Notes under the pieces: model-generated
The model's database searches: none
What the model saw: only the letters and a program-made list of their open reading frames with translations
Told to the model about the DNA's origin: nothing
IMG/VR virus record: IMGVR_UViG_3300025087_000055
DNA length: 20,000 nt
Origin: an uncultured virus (IMG/VR IMGVR_UViG_3300025087_000055)
Lineage: Duplodnaviria; Heunggongvirae; Uroviricota; Caudoviricetes
Strand: one strand, 5' to 3'
Shown: in pieces, positions 8,456 through 15,880 of the stretch
How positions within the stretch are numbered: the first letter of the stretch is position 1
Layout of the letters: every line of letters starts with the position of its first letter
Program-made: the position numbers and the translations under genes

Positions 8456-9157
8456 TCAATTTTTATCATGTTCGTTTACCTTACCTAAGACGCACTGATT
8501 TAGTTGCTGATTTGCAATTTCAACATATTCCTTACTTAATTCATATCCAATATATTTTCTATTATTTCTTCTTGAAGCAAGAGCAGTAGTTCCACAACCT
8601 ATGAACGGGTCTAAAATAGTATCTCCTTCTTTGGTAGAGTTTTTAACAAATATCTCAATTAACTCTAAAGGTTTTTGATGAGGATGCAATTTGTTTTCTC
8701 TCTTTGCTTTTATCACATTAGCAACATTCCTTAAATTAAATGTATTTGGTAATCCCTTAGAGAAAACTAGAATGTATTCTGATTGAGAACGATAACCTGC
8801 TCCAGTTCCAAAATGCCCTTTGTCCCAACATATAATATTTACTAATTTCCAACTTGCTAATTCTAAAGTATCCATCATGTTTCTCAGTTGTTTCCAATCA
8901 GTAAAACAATATAGATGGCTTCCTTTTTTAGCAACCCTATATAACTCTCTAAAAATTGGTTTAATAAATAATAAAAATGCTCTTTCACTCATATCGTCAT
9001 ATTCTATATGATGTTCATCCTGACTAAATCTTCCATCACCTCTACTTTTGGATTGAAGACCAGAATATGGGGGGTCAGTAATTATGCAATCTATACTTTC
9101 ATCTTGAAGGTTAGGCAGGTGTTCTCTACAATCACCTTGTAAAATGTTACTTTCCAT
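8456..9157 (-). CDS. N6-adenine/N4-cytosine DNA methyltransferase (beta class)
   Basis: IITDPPY near the N-terminus, HPHQKP, ILDPFIGCGTT, YIGYEL. Confidence 0.93.
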   Translation of the reverse strand: MESNILQGDCREHLPNLQDESIDCIITDPPYSGLQSKSRGDGRFSQDEHHIEYDDMSERAFLLFIKPIFRELYRVAKKGSHLYCFTDWKQLRNMMDTLELASWKLVNIICWDKGHFGTGAGYRSQSEYILVFSKGLPNTFNLRNVANVIKAKRENKLHPHQKPLELIEIFVKNSTKEGDTILDPFIGCGTTALASRRNNRKYIGYELSKEYVEIANQQLNQCVLGKVNEHDKN

Positions 9158-9266
9158 TGATTAATCCCCCCCTAATTTTAAGAGTTCCAAGTTTAATCAA
9201 TAACAAAAAGGTTAATTCTATTGTTAGGATTATTCCACAAGTAGCCAGTATCGTTAAATTATCCAT
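9147..9266 (-). CDS. Small single-TM peptide (39 aa)
   Basis: MDNLTILATCGIILTIELTFLLLIKLGTLKIRGGLINGK; GGAG upstream. Confidence 0.5.
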   Translation of the reverse strand: MDNLTILATCGIILTIELTFLLLIKLGTLKIRGGLINGK

Positions 9267-9296
9267 TTTTATTCTCCATTACTTGTTCCTTATCTA

Positions 9297-9434
9297 TCAT
9301 GGGTCTTGAATTGTGCCAGTGAATATCCTGACAAACCCCCCAAGGTATTTTATATGTTCTAAATTATAAATTAAGGATTCCCATCTATTTAATTGCAAAT
9401 ATCTCTTTCCTTTTCTTTTAATTATCTTACTCAT
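9297..9434 (-). CDS. Hypothetical small protein (45 aa)
   Basis: MSKIIKRKGKRYLQLNRWESLIYNLEHIKYLGGFVRIFTGTIQDP; GAGGT upstream. Confidence 0.5.
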   Translation of the reverse strand: MSKIIKRKGKRYLQLNRWESLIYNLEHIKYLGGFVRIFTGTIQDP

Positions 9435-9461
9435 TGTTCGGAAACCTCATCAAAAACGTAA

Positions 9462-10160
9462 TTACTTCCCAATTTCATTCGCTTCAATGTCCTCCCATGT
9501 TGGTTCTTTTGCGTAATCCTTATCAAGTTCTTTCTTAATTGAATCTTTATTTGATAGTTCTTTGCTCTGAGACTTGCACTCATCACATAAATGAAACTTG
9601 TGGTCTCCACAATAATACATATGACTTCCATCTTCTTTAAACTTTATAGACTTCCCACATCCTTTTGTATTAGTGTCAGGGCTACCATCCGAATCGAACG
9701 GAACATTCTTTGAGGAGATACCTTCTCCTTCACGGGTAGCCTGACTATTATTTTGGGATGCGTTCTCTAAATCTACAAAACCACTTTCTTTTAATACTAT
9801 CTCACCTGCTTTCTTTACCTTATTTAGTAATGTTATTTCTTTGCTCTGCTTTAAGCTCTTACACTTTCCGCATGTTCCAGAAGGTATTAAAGTATGTGTC
9901 ATAGAATGACAATTTTGACAAAGACTTGTTTCTGAGGAGTCAAAGGTTTCTTTGCTCTGTTTCTTGCACTCTAAACAATCTTCCGTTACTTCGGTATGTT
10001 TAGTAAGAGTTTTGCACTTGTTACAATATTTCAAGATATTATCATGATTATGTTGTAATATTTTCGTGTTAATGTTGCTCTGAATATTATTTTGACTGCT
10101 CTTCCATCTAATTGTAATCTCACAATTGCATTGTGGGCAAGTTATAAATCCGTCTGTCAT
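9462..10160 (-). CDS. Modular multi-zinc-finger protein with QSKE repeats
   Basis: Several CxxC pairs; three modules end in C..CK(S/K/SLK)QSKE. Confidence 0.7.
   Translation of the reverse strand: MTDGFITCPQCNCEITIRWKSSQNNIQSNINTKILQHNHDNILKYCNKCKTLTKHTEVTEDCLECKKQSKETFDSSETSLCQNCHSMTHTLIPSGTCGKCKSLKQSKEITLLNKVKKAGEIVLKESGFVDLENASQNNSQATREGEGISSKNVPFDSDGSPDTNTKGCGKSIKFKEDGSHMYYCGDHKFHLCDECKSQSKELSNKDSIKKELDKDYAKEPTWEDIEANEIGK
9558..9959. repeat. Three dispersed 12-bp direct repeats TTCTTTGCTCTG (9558, 9837, 9948)
   Basis: Exact matches; they encode QSKE on the minus strand. Confidence 0.8.
9674..9752 (-). repeat. Palindrome-bounded in-frame element, copy 1 (tRNA-like fold)
   Basis: Minus strand AATAATA-GTCAG-GCTACC...GGTAGC-C-CTGAC-A, with an internal TCCG-TTCGATT-CGGA T-arm. 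Confidence 0.6.
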
Positions 10161-10714
10161 TGTTTATTCTCCATCCCTACTATAATTGGAATTTTCCCAC
10201 CAAGAGTTATTCGATGTTGAATATTATGACAATCTTTGCATAAAGTATTAAAGTCCTTTTTTTGTAAGGGTAATCTATATCTCCAATGATGCCATTCTAA
10301 ATTATTCTTAGAACCACATATCTCACAAGTTGGTGTTTTTTTGAATAATCTTAGTGTATTTGCATTGACAGATAATTTAAATTTATTCTCAGCATTGAGT
10401 AACTTATACTTTCTGGGATGCTTTTTAGCATAGTTCCTACCATAAGACTGAGTTCTTTCTTTAATTTCTGGTTTATTATTATGTATCCTTTGTTTTGTTA
10501 ATACACTTATTTTATTATTCTGATAATACTCTTTTCCCTGTTTACTAATATGGTCTTTATGATTCTCTCTCCATCCCTTTTTATATACAAGATAATGCTC
10601 TCTATTTCTTAGATACCTTGCTTTAGCTACAATTTTTATCTTTTCTTTGTTCTTCTGTCTATATTCTTTCAAACTTTGCCTTTTAGATTCAGTTAGTACC
10701 ATTTTCTTTCTCAT
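10157..10714 (-). CDS. HNH endonuclease-like protein with basic N-terminal region
   Basis: CEICG...LEWHH...TLCKDCHNIQH; Lys/Arg/Tyr-rich helical N-terminus. Confidence 0.75.
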   Translation of the reverse strand: MRKKMVLTESKRQSLKEYRQKNKEKIKIVAKARYLRNREHYLVYKKGWRENHKDHISKQGKEYYQNNKISVLTKQRIHNNKPEIKERTQSYGRNYAKKHPRKYKLLNAENKFKLSVNANTLRLFKKTPTCEICGSKNNLEWHHWRYRLPLQKKDFNTLCKDCHNIQHRITLGGKIPIIVGMENKQ

Positions 10715-11066
10715 TTTTAGTTCTCTGGAATGCGTTTAAATGCTTAATAGCATCATTTCTACAATCTTCACACATTCCACTATCTACTTCTTCTCTCAAT
10801 CCACAGACAATACATGGTGCATCTAAGTTTGAAGATATGTCAGCAGATTTGTTTAGAGTATCCCCGTCTTTAGCTGTCAACGAGATGTTAGTCCTCCGAT
10901 TTGTCTGCTGACTATTATTCCCCTCATACTTAACCAAATTATCACTTGGCTTTTCTTTTGGGATGTGTTTGATTAAATTATTTAATATTCCTTCAAGTAA
11001 TTTTATGGTTTTATCTCTATCTTTTATTTCTTTCTTTAAAGTTTGAATTGTTGATTTGTGTATCAT
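10689..11066 (-). CDS. Coiled-coil plus Zn-finger protein (probable start MIHK at 11066)
   Basis: N-terminal heptads, CIVC...CEDC; ATGA overlap at 11063-11066. Confidence 0.65.
   Translation of the reverse strand: MIHKSTIQTLKKEIKDRDKTIKLLEGILNNLIKHIPKEKPSDNLVKYEGNNSQQTNRRTNISLTAKDGDTLNKSADISSNLDAPCIVCGLREEVDSGMCEDCRNDAIKHLNAFQRTKNEKENGTN
10838..10919 (-). repeat. Palindrome-bounded in-frame element, copy 2
   Basis: Minus strand AATAATA-GTCAGCAGA...TCTGCTGAC-A (9-bp perfect stem); 12-bp flank identical to copy 1. Confidence 0.6.
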
Positions 11067-11308
11067 TTCATCCCCCAAGAATCATAACCACATGTTCTAC
11101 AAAAATAACTTTTATCTTTTCTTACTCTTACATTCATTGTTGAACAATTCTTACAAAATATCCTTGTAGGATTATAACGTCTTTTATTCCCTATTTCATG
11201 ATTTAATGTTGCTATTGTACCATCTATCTCTAATCTAATCCTATTTAGTTTTTTAATTATATTTGGTATTTGCATCTGAACATGCTGATTCTTATTCTGA
11301 TTTGTCAT
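11063..11308 (-). CDS. Zinc-ribbon protein
   Basis: CKNC...YFCRTCG. Confidence 0.7.
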   Translation of the reverse strand: MTNQNKNQHVQMQIPNIIKKLNRIRLEIDGTIATLNHEIGNKRRYNPTRIFCKNCSTMNVRVRKDKSYFCRTCGYDSWGMK

Positions 11309-11541
11309 ATTAATCTATTCAATCCCCTCGCCATTTCTCTTGCTCTTTCTTGAGCTTCTGATAATTCTAAATTATGTTCATTTTTTTGATAATGATTTAT
11401 TATTTCCCAATACGTTCCACAATTTTTAGGATTCTTATAAACACATTCGGTTCCAAGCTGAAAGCATTGTCCTTCGTGATAAGCGGGGCATCTATTTATT
11501 CTTTTTAGTGAATCTCTGTTTACTCCTTTGAATTTTGTCAT
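11305..11541 (-). CDS. Cys-rich hypothetical protein
   Basis: CPAY..C...C...C. Confidence 0.65.
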   Translation of the reverse strand: MTKFKGVNRDSLKRINRCPAYHEGQCFQLGTECVYKNPKNCGTYWEIINHYQKNEHNLELSEAQERAREMARGLNRLI

Positions 11542-11708
11542 TTAATTATTCTTCTTATTCTTTCTTTTGAATCAACATGATGAATTATACCTTTCTCAAA
11601 CGCTTTATTAATTAAGTATTTCTCAGGTTCATCTTCTGGAGCATCTTTAAGCCATTGTTGTATTTCTTCTTTTGTTATTTGTTCTATCATTTCTTTTTCA
11701 TATATCAT
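11538..11708 (-). CDS. Hypothetical small protein (56 aa)
   Basis: MIYEKEMIEQITKEEIQQWLKDAPEDEPEKYLINKAFEKGIIHH...; ATGA overlaps at both ends. Confidence 0.6.
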   Translation of the reverse strand: MIYEKEMIEQITKEEIQQWLKDAPEDEPEKYLINKAFEKGIIHHVDSKERIRRIIK

Positions 11709-11821
11709 CTTTTTAATTCCTTTAATAATTTAGATATAATTCTCTCAATAGCTTCTTGATTCTTTAAGTTTCTAATATTAAGTTCATTCAATTCATCTAT
11801 CACTTCTTGGATGTTTTCCAT
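11705..11821 (-). CDS. Small coiled-coil protein (38 aa)
   Basis: MENIQEVIDELNELNIRNLKNQEAIERIISKLLKELKR. Confidence 0.55.
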   Translation of the reverse strand: MENIQEVIDELNELNIRNLKNQEAIERIISKLLKELKR

Positions 11822-11822
11822 T

Positions 11823-11960
11823 TTATTTTACTTTGCCTCTATATCCACAAGTTCTACATACTCTTACCCCATTTGTCAAAGTATAGATAAATGCTGAATT
11901 ACATTTTATACATCTAGGTACAATTCTCTCTTCGTAAATTCTTTTTATTTGTTTTTGCAT
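11823..11960 (-). CDS. Small zinc-ribbon protein (45 aa), first gene of a transcription unit
   Basis: MQKQIKRIYEERIVPRCIKCNSAFIYTLTNGVRVCRTCGYRGKVK; leaderless, 21 nt after the TATA box. Confidence 0.7.
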   Translation of the reverse strand: MQKQIKRIYEERIVPRCIKCNSAFIYTLTNGVRVCRTCGYRGKVK

Positions 11961-11981
11961 ATTATACACACACGCCCACAC

Positions 11982-11995
11982 TATTTAAATCTTTC
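11982..11995 (-). promoter_or_regulatory. Archaeal BRE/TATA promoter
   Basis: GAAAGATTTAAATA, 21 nt before ATG 11960. Confidence 0.7.
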
Positions 11996-12030
11996 CTCAG
12001 CACCCTCTAACGCAACAATGTACGAAAAAC

Positions 12031-12044
12031 GAAACATTTATATA
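12031..12044 (+). promoter_or_regulatory. Divergent BRE/TATA promoter
   Basis: GAAACATTTATATA matches the same consensus; no ATG at the expected position. Confidence 0.55.
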
Positions 12045-12065
12045 TTTAGTTGTTTATAAACTTTC

Positions 12066-12306
12066 ATTATAAAGTATCCATAGTTTATGATACTCTTCGA
12101 AAAGGAAAGAAACACCTCTTTTTTCCCTAGATGCGACAGCTCATCCAACTTTTTTAACGGGTGCGTGGCATAGGTTGAGTACGATGCACAATCGGAAGAA
12201 ATCTTCGCATCTTATGGGTTCACAATAAAGTATTTAAATAACGTAACTATAAAATAATGTAGAATCTAATACCATCTACAGGTAGGGAAAACCCATAATT
12301 CCCTAC
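12066..12306 (+). ncRNA. Candidate structured non-coding RNA
   Basis: Lies downstream of the promoter; stems AGATGCGA/TCGCATCT, GTGCGT/ATGCAC, TGTAGA/TCTACA and GTAGGGAA/TTCCCTAC; locally higher GC. Confidence 0.35.
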
Positions 12307-13145
12307 TTTGATTTTCGTATTCTAGTAAGAATATCCGACTTGTTTCTAGATTTTCCAAATTTATTTAGATAATCGTTGTAAATATCTGCCGTATTTTTAT
12401 CTATTCTAGACTTAATAAATAAATCTTCTTTGTTTGAAAATGGTTGCCCTTTTCTTGAAACCAATTGAATATTCTCTGTTTGTCTTATTCTTCTTGTTGA
12501 AGAATACTGCAATTCAGGTTTTTTTATCTGTTTTTTGTACTCAGAATACTCTTTTCTAGTTATTGGTTGCCAACTGGCTATCTTTCCCCTATTGAACAAA
12601 ACAAATGCTGGTTTCCTGTTACTCCATCTATAATAGGTCCTAGCCTTTGTAGTTTCGTTTATGGCGAGCTTTTTTCTTATAGATAGTGTTCTTACCCTAC
12701 TTCTAAAGACTTTTGGAATGTTCGCTTTAATTAATAAGTTATTTATCTTATTTAGTATTCTTTCACTTCTTTTACTCAATTCTGGAGGTACTTCTTCTTC
12801 TAACTCTTTATATATCTTTTCCAATTCTTCAATATCTGATTCTTCTATAGCTTGTTCTACTTCCTCTTCTAAATCATCTTGTACTTCACTAAGCAAATTT
12901 TCAGCCAATTGCTTCATCTGTTCATCGTAGCTACTCCTAATCATCGGTTCCAAAGCATGACCATAACTACTCAGAGACTTAACTAAAATCGTGCCAATAC
13001 GACCAAAATCATCAGATAACAATGCTCCCGATAACTGTCTCGCATCTTCCTGAGATAACTTATTGAAATACTGACTCAATTGCCCATTTTCAACCCTTCT
13101 CTGAATTTGGTTAACTTTCTGACTAAAATTAGATTTATATGCCAT
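12303..13145 (-). CDS. Hypothetical protein with acidic middle, basic C-terminal half and a possible Myb-like C-terminal HTH
   Basis: C-terminal PFSNKEDLFIK...FGKSRNKSDILTRI resembles a Myb/SANT-type repeat. Confidence 0.7.
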   Translation of the reverse strand: MAYKSNFSQKVNQIQRRVENGQLSQYFNKLSQEDARQLSGALLSDDFGRIGTILVKSLSSYGHALEPMIRSSYDEQMKQLAENLLSEVQDDLEEEVEQAIEESDIEELEKIYKELEEEVPPELSKRSERILNKINNLLIKANIPKVFRSRVRTLSIRKKLAINETTKARTYYRWSNRKPAFVLFNRGKIASWQPITRKEYSEYKKQIKKPELQYSSTRRIRQTENIQLVSRKGQPFSNKEDLFIKSRIDKNTADIYNDYLNKFGKSRNKSDILTRIRKSK

Positions 13146-14196
13146 TTAGTCTTTCCTTAAATTTATTTAAATCTATAACTTTAATTTCATTTTCCCAAAG
13201 CCTTAGAACTTTAAAACCTTTTTCGATTAGTTCTTTGGTTCTAGTGTTGTCTATCTCGTTTCCGATAGGATATTTATGCCAATAATTACCATCACATTCT
13301 ATAACTAATTTCATTGAAGGAATTAGAATATCACATTGATAACCATGTTCAATTTTTATATATTGGTGTGTGAAAAATGGTATTTCTAATTGCTTTAAGA
13401 AGTCTTGGATTTTTATTTCTATGGATGAGTCTTTCTTAGGAAATATCTGTAATGCCCTTCTCTCTTTTGCTTTTTGGATAGCAATTTTTCCTTCTTCACT
13501 TTGGTAAAACATTTTTAGCCCTAATCTTTTTTTATCTTGAATTAAAGGGTTTTTCATTAAATTAGCCACTTTTTCTCTAGTAGATTTCATCTTGTCTCGG
13601 TATTTTAGGTTGTTCTTCCACCTTTCCCTACTTATCTCGCCCCTGCGTCTTTTAGCCTCTGCAGTATTAATTGCTATTTTGTGTTTTTCTCTTACTTTCG
13701 GATTGTTTTTCATGGGGCTATTCTCTCCCGCAAATCTGATTCTTACATCCATTCTTTTCATTACATTATTTTCCCCCGTATAATACTTATACAAACAATA
13801 TCTTGAACAAAACTTTCTACTCTTATCTCTTAATTTAAAAATCTTATTACAAAATAAACATTCCCTGAAGGTTCCCTTACCTTTATTTTTAGGAGGTCTT
13901 CCTATCCACATTTTGCTATGAATTTCTTTTAGTCTTTTTGCTTCTTCTACCCCATAAACTTCTTCATAAGTTTTTCCCTTAAGATAATAATCTCTTTTAT
14001 AATCTTGTACTTTATTTTTATCTATATTATATTTTTTTATCCAATAAGAAACAGCAAACTTTGATATTCCAAAGTAATTAGCGACTTTGTCATAGCTATT
14101 CTTTTCTACACAATATTTTTTAACTAAAATATCTTTTGAAATTCCCTTTCGATATATATATCCTTCTTTTTGTGATGCAGATAAGCTACTTGGCAT
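13135..14196 (-). CDS. Vsr/DUF559-type (homing-like) endonuclease with N-terminal HTH, Zn ribbon and NUMOD-like motifs
   Basis: SSIEIKI...YQCDILIP..KLVIECDGNYWH...GFKVLRLWENE; CLFC..FCSRYC; GENNVMK/GENSPMK repeats. Confidence 0.85.
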   Translation of the reverse strand: MPSSLSASQKEGYIYRKGISKDILVKKYCVEKNSYDKVANYFGISKFAVSYWIKKYNIDKNKVQDYKRDYYLKGKTYEEVYGVEEAKRLKEIHSKMWIGRPPKNKGKGTFRECLFCNKIFKLRDKSRKFCSRYCLYKYYTGENNVMKRMDVRIRFAGENSPMKNNPKVREKHKIAINTAEAKRRRGEISRERWKNNLKYRDKMKSTREKVANLMKNPLIQDKKRLGLKMFYQSEEGKIAIQKAKERRALQIFPKKDSSIEIKIQDFLKQLEIPFFTHQYIKIEHGYQCDILIPSMKLVIECDGNYWHKYPIGNEIDNTRTKELIEKGFKVLRLWENEIKVIDLNKFKERLNGI

Positions 14197-14416
14197 TTTT
14201 TCTCCTAAATCTTTCTTTTACCTTATCAATATAATAAAAAACATTTGTTAATATACCTATTTGTCTTGTTGTTAATCTTATTCCACTTTCAGTTTCGTAC
14301 ATTAACATTAAGCCATTAAAAGGATTAGGATAACTTTCTGCAAAATACAAATAATCTTCTCTTGTTGGTTTTTTTCTTAATTGAAAAAATAAATTAAGTT
14401 GTTTTTCTAAATCCAT
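14186..14416 (-). CDS. Hypothetical protein (76 aa)
   Basis: ORF track; GGAGG RBS. Confidence 0.65.
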   Translation of the reverse strand: MDLEKQLNLFFQLRKKPTREDYLYFAESYPNPFNGLMLMYETESGIRLTTRQIGILTNVFYYIDKVKERFRRKNAK

Positions 14417-14613
14417 TTTTTCCTCCTAATTAATATAATGTGTTCCATATCGCTTTCTATTAGAATTTTTTCCATTGCCTTTGGGGTAATTTGTCTTATC
14501 CATAAAGCCTCTAATCCTTCCCAAGTATTAACTGCGTTTATAAAATCTTTAACATTTTGTGTCCTACCTTGTCCAACTTTCAGGTTTTTATCGATTATTA
14601 TTTTACTTTTCAT
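14407..14613 (-). CDS. Hypothetical protein (probable start MKSK at 14613)
   Basis: TAATG overlap with the upstream ORF. Confidence 0.6.
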   Translation of the reverse strand: MKSKIIIDKNLKVGQGRTQNVKDFINAVNTWEGLEALWIRQITPKAMEKILIESDMEHIILIRRKKWI

Positions 14614-14789
14614 TATTTTTCCTCTGGATGTTCGATTATCCATTTTTCTTTACATTCGGAACATATTGAAACTAATGAAACTATTCCATCTTCGCTAATA
14701 ACCTCTCTAGAATCCCATTTCTTTACTTGACCATTGTATTTATTACAATCAAAACACATTCGAAGCATACTTTTATTGGTTTTTGCCAT
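14613..14789 (-). CDS. Small Zn-finger protein (58 aa), not in the ORF track
   Basis: MAKTNKSMLRMCFDCNKY...SICSECKEKWIIEHPEEK. Confidence 0.65.
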   Translation of the reverse strand: MAKTNKSMLRMCFDCNKYNGQVKKWDSREVISEDGIVSLVSICSECKEKWIIEHPEEK

Positions 14790-14791
14790 AT

Positions 14792-15754
14792 TTATATATT
14801 CCTCATGTCGCTTTTTTCAGTAATTTTAATTTCTAAAGCTTCCAAAAGGTTTATAAAGTTCGATGTATTGTTAATATTCGCCCCATTTCTCATTAAAAGA
14901 CCTCTATTCTTTAAATGTATATTTTTCATAACATATTCTGGAGTAACATAATCTAATTTAAAATTGTTTAGCATGTAATCGTCAAGTGGGAGAACTACAA
15001 ATGTTTTTCCATGTTTTGTATTCAATGTATAACATAATTTAAAAACTTTCCTTAAATTATAACTTGCTCTATCACACGTATGTAAATCTAAAGTATCTGC
15101 CAATTCTTTGACTAATATATTTGATAAATCTAATTTTTGATTGAAAGATATATTAAGGGGGATTTCTGCAAACAAATGCATTCCTCTGCTTCCAGAAAAT
15201 TGGCACCAATAGGCAATTTTATAATCATCAAATAACTTTTTTACTCTTAATAAATCTTTTCTTGCTCTTTCTACTGCTTCCTCTTGAGATATTTCTAAAT
15301 GCTTCCCATTATCTAAATCTCCGTCAAAGTCCATAGCAAATGTAAAGTTTGTGAAATAGTCTTCTGCATTTTCTTTAAATAACTCTTGTTGTTCCTTTCT
15401 TATCTTACTAGAATATGAAAATGCCTTCACGTCACATTTTGCCCAGTCTATTTTTGCTAAAGAACAGTAAATAGAATAATTTCTTTTAGGTGTGAAAAAG
15501 TTATAAGGGTCCGAGTTTTTATCTTTTAAACCTAAATAACGCAAGAATATATCCACGATTCCCATGTTTAAATATCTTACGTTTCCTTGATAATTATAAA
15601 ATACATTCAAAAATGCTGTTTCTCTTCCTCTTGAATAGTTTGTAATATTAAACGCAACAACTATATTAGAATACCACTTTCTTCTCAATTCAATCTCTTC
15701 TTTAGTTAATAAAATCTTCTCTTCTGTTTCCTGTATAGACATTTCATTTATCAT
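14792..15754 (-). CDS. Archaeo-eukaryotic primase (AEP) family protein, PriS-like
   Basis: Motif I FAMDFD, motif II FSGSRGMH, motif III D...YNLRKVFKLCYTL. Confidence 0.85.
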   Translation of the reverse strand: MINEMSIQETEEKILLTKEEIELRRKWYSNIVVAFNITNYSRGRETAFLNVFYNYQGNVRYLNMGIVDIFLRYLGLKDKNSDPYNFFTPKRNYSIYCSLAKIDWAKCDVKAFSYSSKIRKEQQELFKENAEDYFTNFTFAMDFDGDLDNGKHLEISQEEAVERARKDLLRVKKLFDDYKIAYWCQFSGSRGMHLFAEIPLNISFNQKLDLSNILVKELADTLDLHTCDRASYNLRKVFKLCYTLNTKHGKTFVVLPLDDYMLNNFKLDYVTPEYVMKNIHLKNRGLLMRNGANINNTSNFINLLEALEIKITEKSDMRNI

Positions 15755-15845
15755 CTTTTTCCATTTCTCCGTTTATATGACATGTTCAAGAATACCCAAT
15801 CCCTTCAGGGTTGGGATGAATTGAACCTCCATTTTTTTTAGTATA

Positions 15846-15859
15846 ATAAAGTTTAAATA
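15846..15859 (+). promoter_or_regulatory. TATA promoter of tnpB
   Basis: ATAAAGTTTAAATA, 21 nt before ATG 15881. Confidence 0.6.
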
Positions 15860-15880
15860 GTTGCTCTCTTTAAATAATCT

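Noticed and set aside
2036..9157. Complete Type III or Type II restriction-modification system
   Set aside because: The helicase has no visible nuclease domain, and the MTases are small, in separate positions and without an adjacent cognate REase
9431..9631. 66-aa minus-strand ORF
   Set aside because: Out-of-frame overlap with the 3' end of 9462-10160, which carries the coherent Zn-finger/QSKE module
9660..10925. Bulge-helix-bulge archaeal introns at the palindromic inserts
   Set aside because: I could not draw 3-nt bulges around a 4-bp helix at either boundary
12087..12173. 28-codon plus-strand ORF MILFEKERNTSFFPRCDSSSNFFNGCVA
   Set aside because: No RBS, not at the leaderless position, and atypical composition; base-pairing explains the region better, though the ORF is not fully excluded
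12159..12213. Canonical tRNA gene
   Set aside because: Acceptor and D-arm-like start, but no anticodon stem and no TTC T-loop
11961..12302. CRISPR mini-array or known ribozyme (hammerhead, pistol)
   Set aside because: No spaced direct repeats, and the catalytic consensus motifs were not found on either strand
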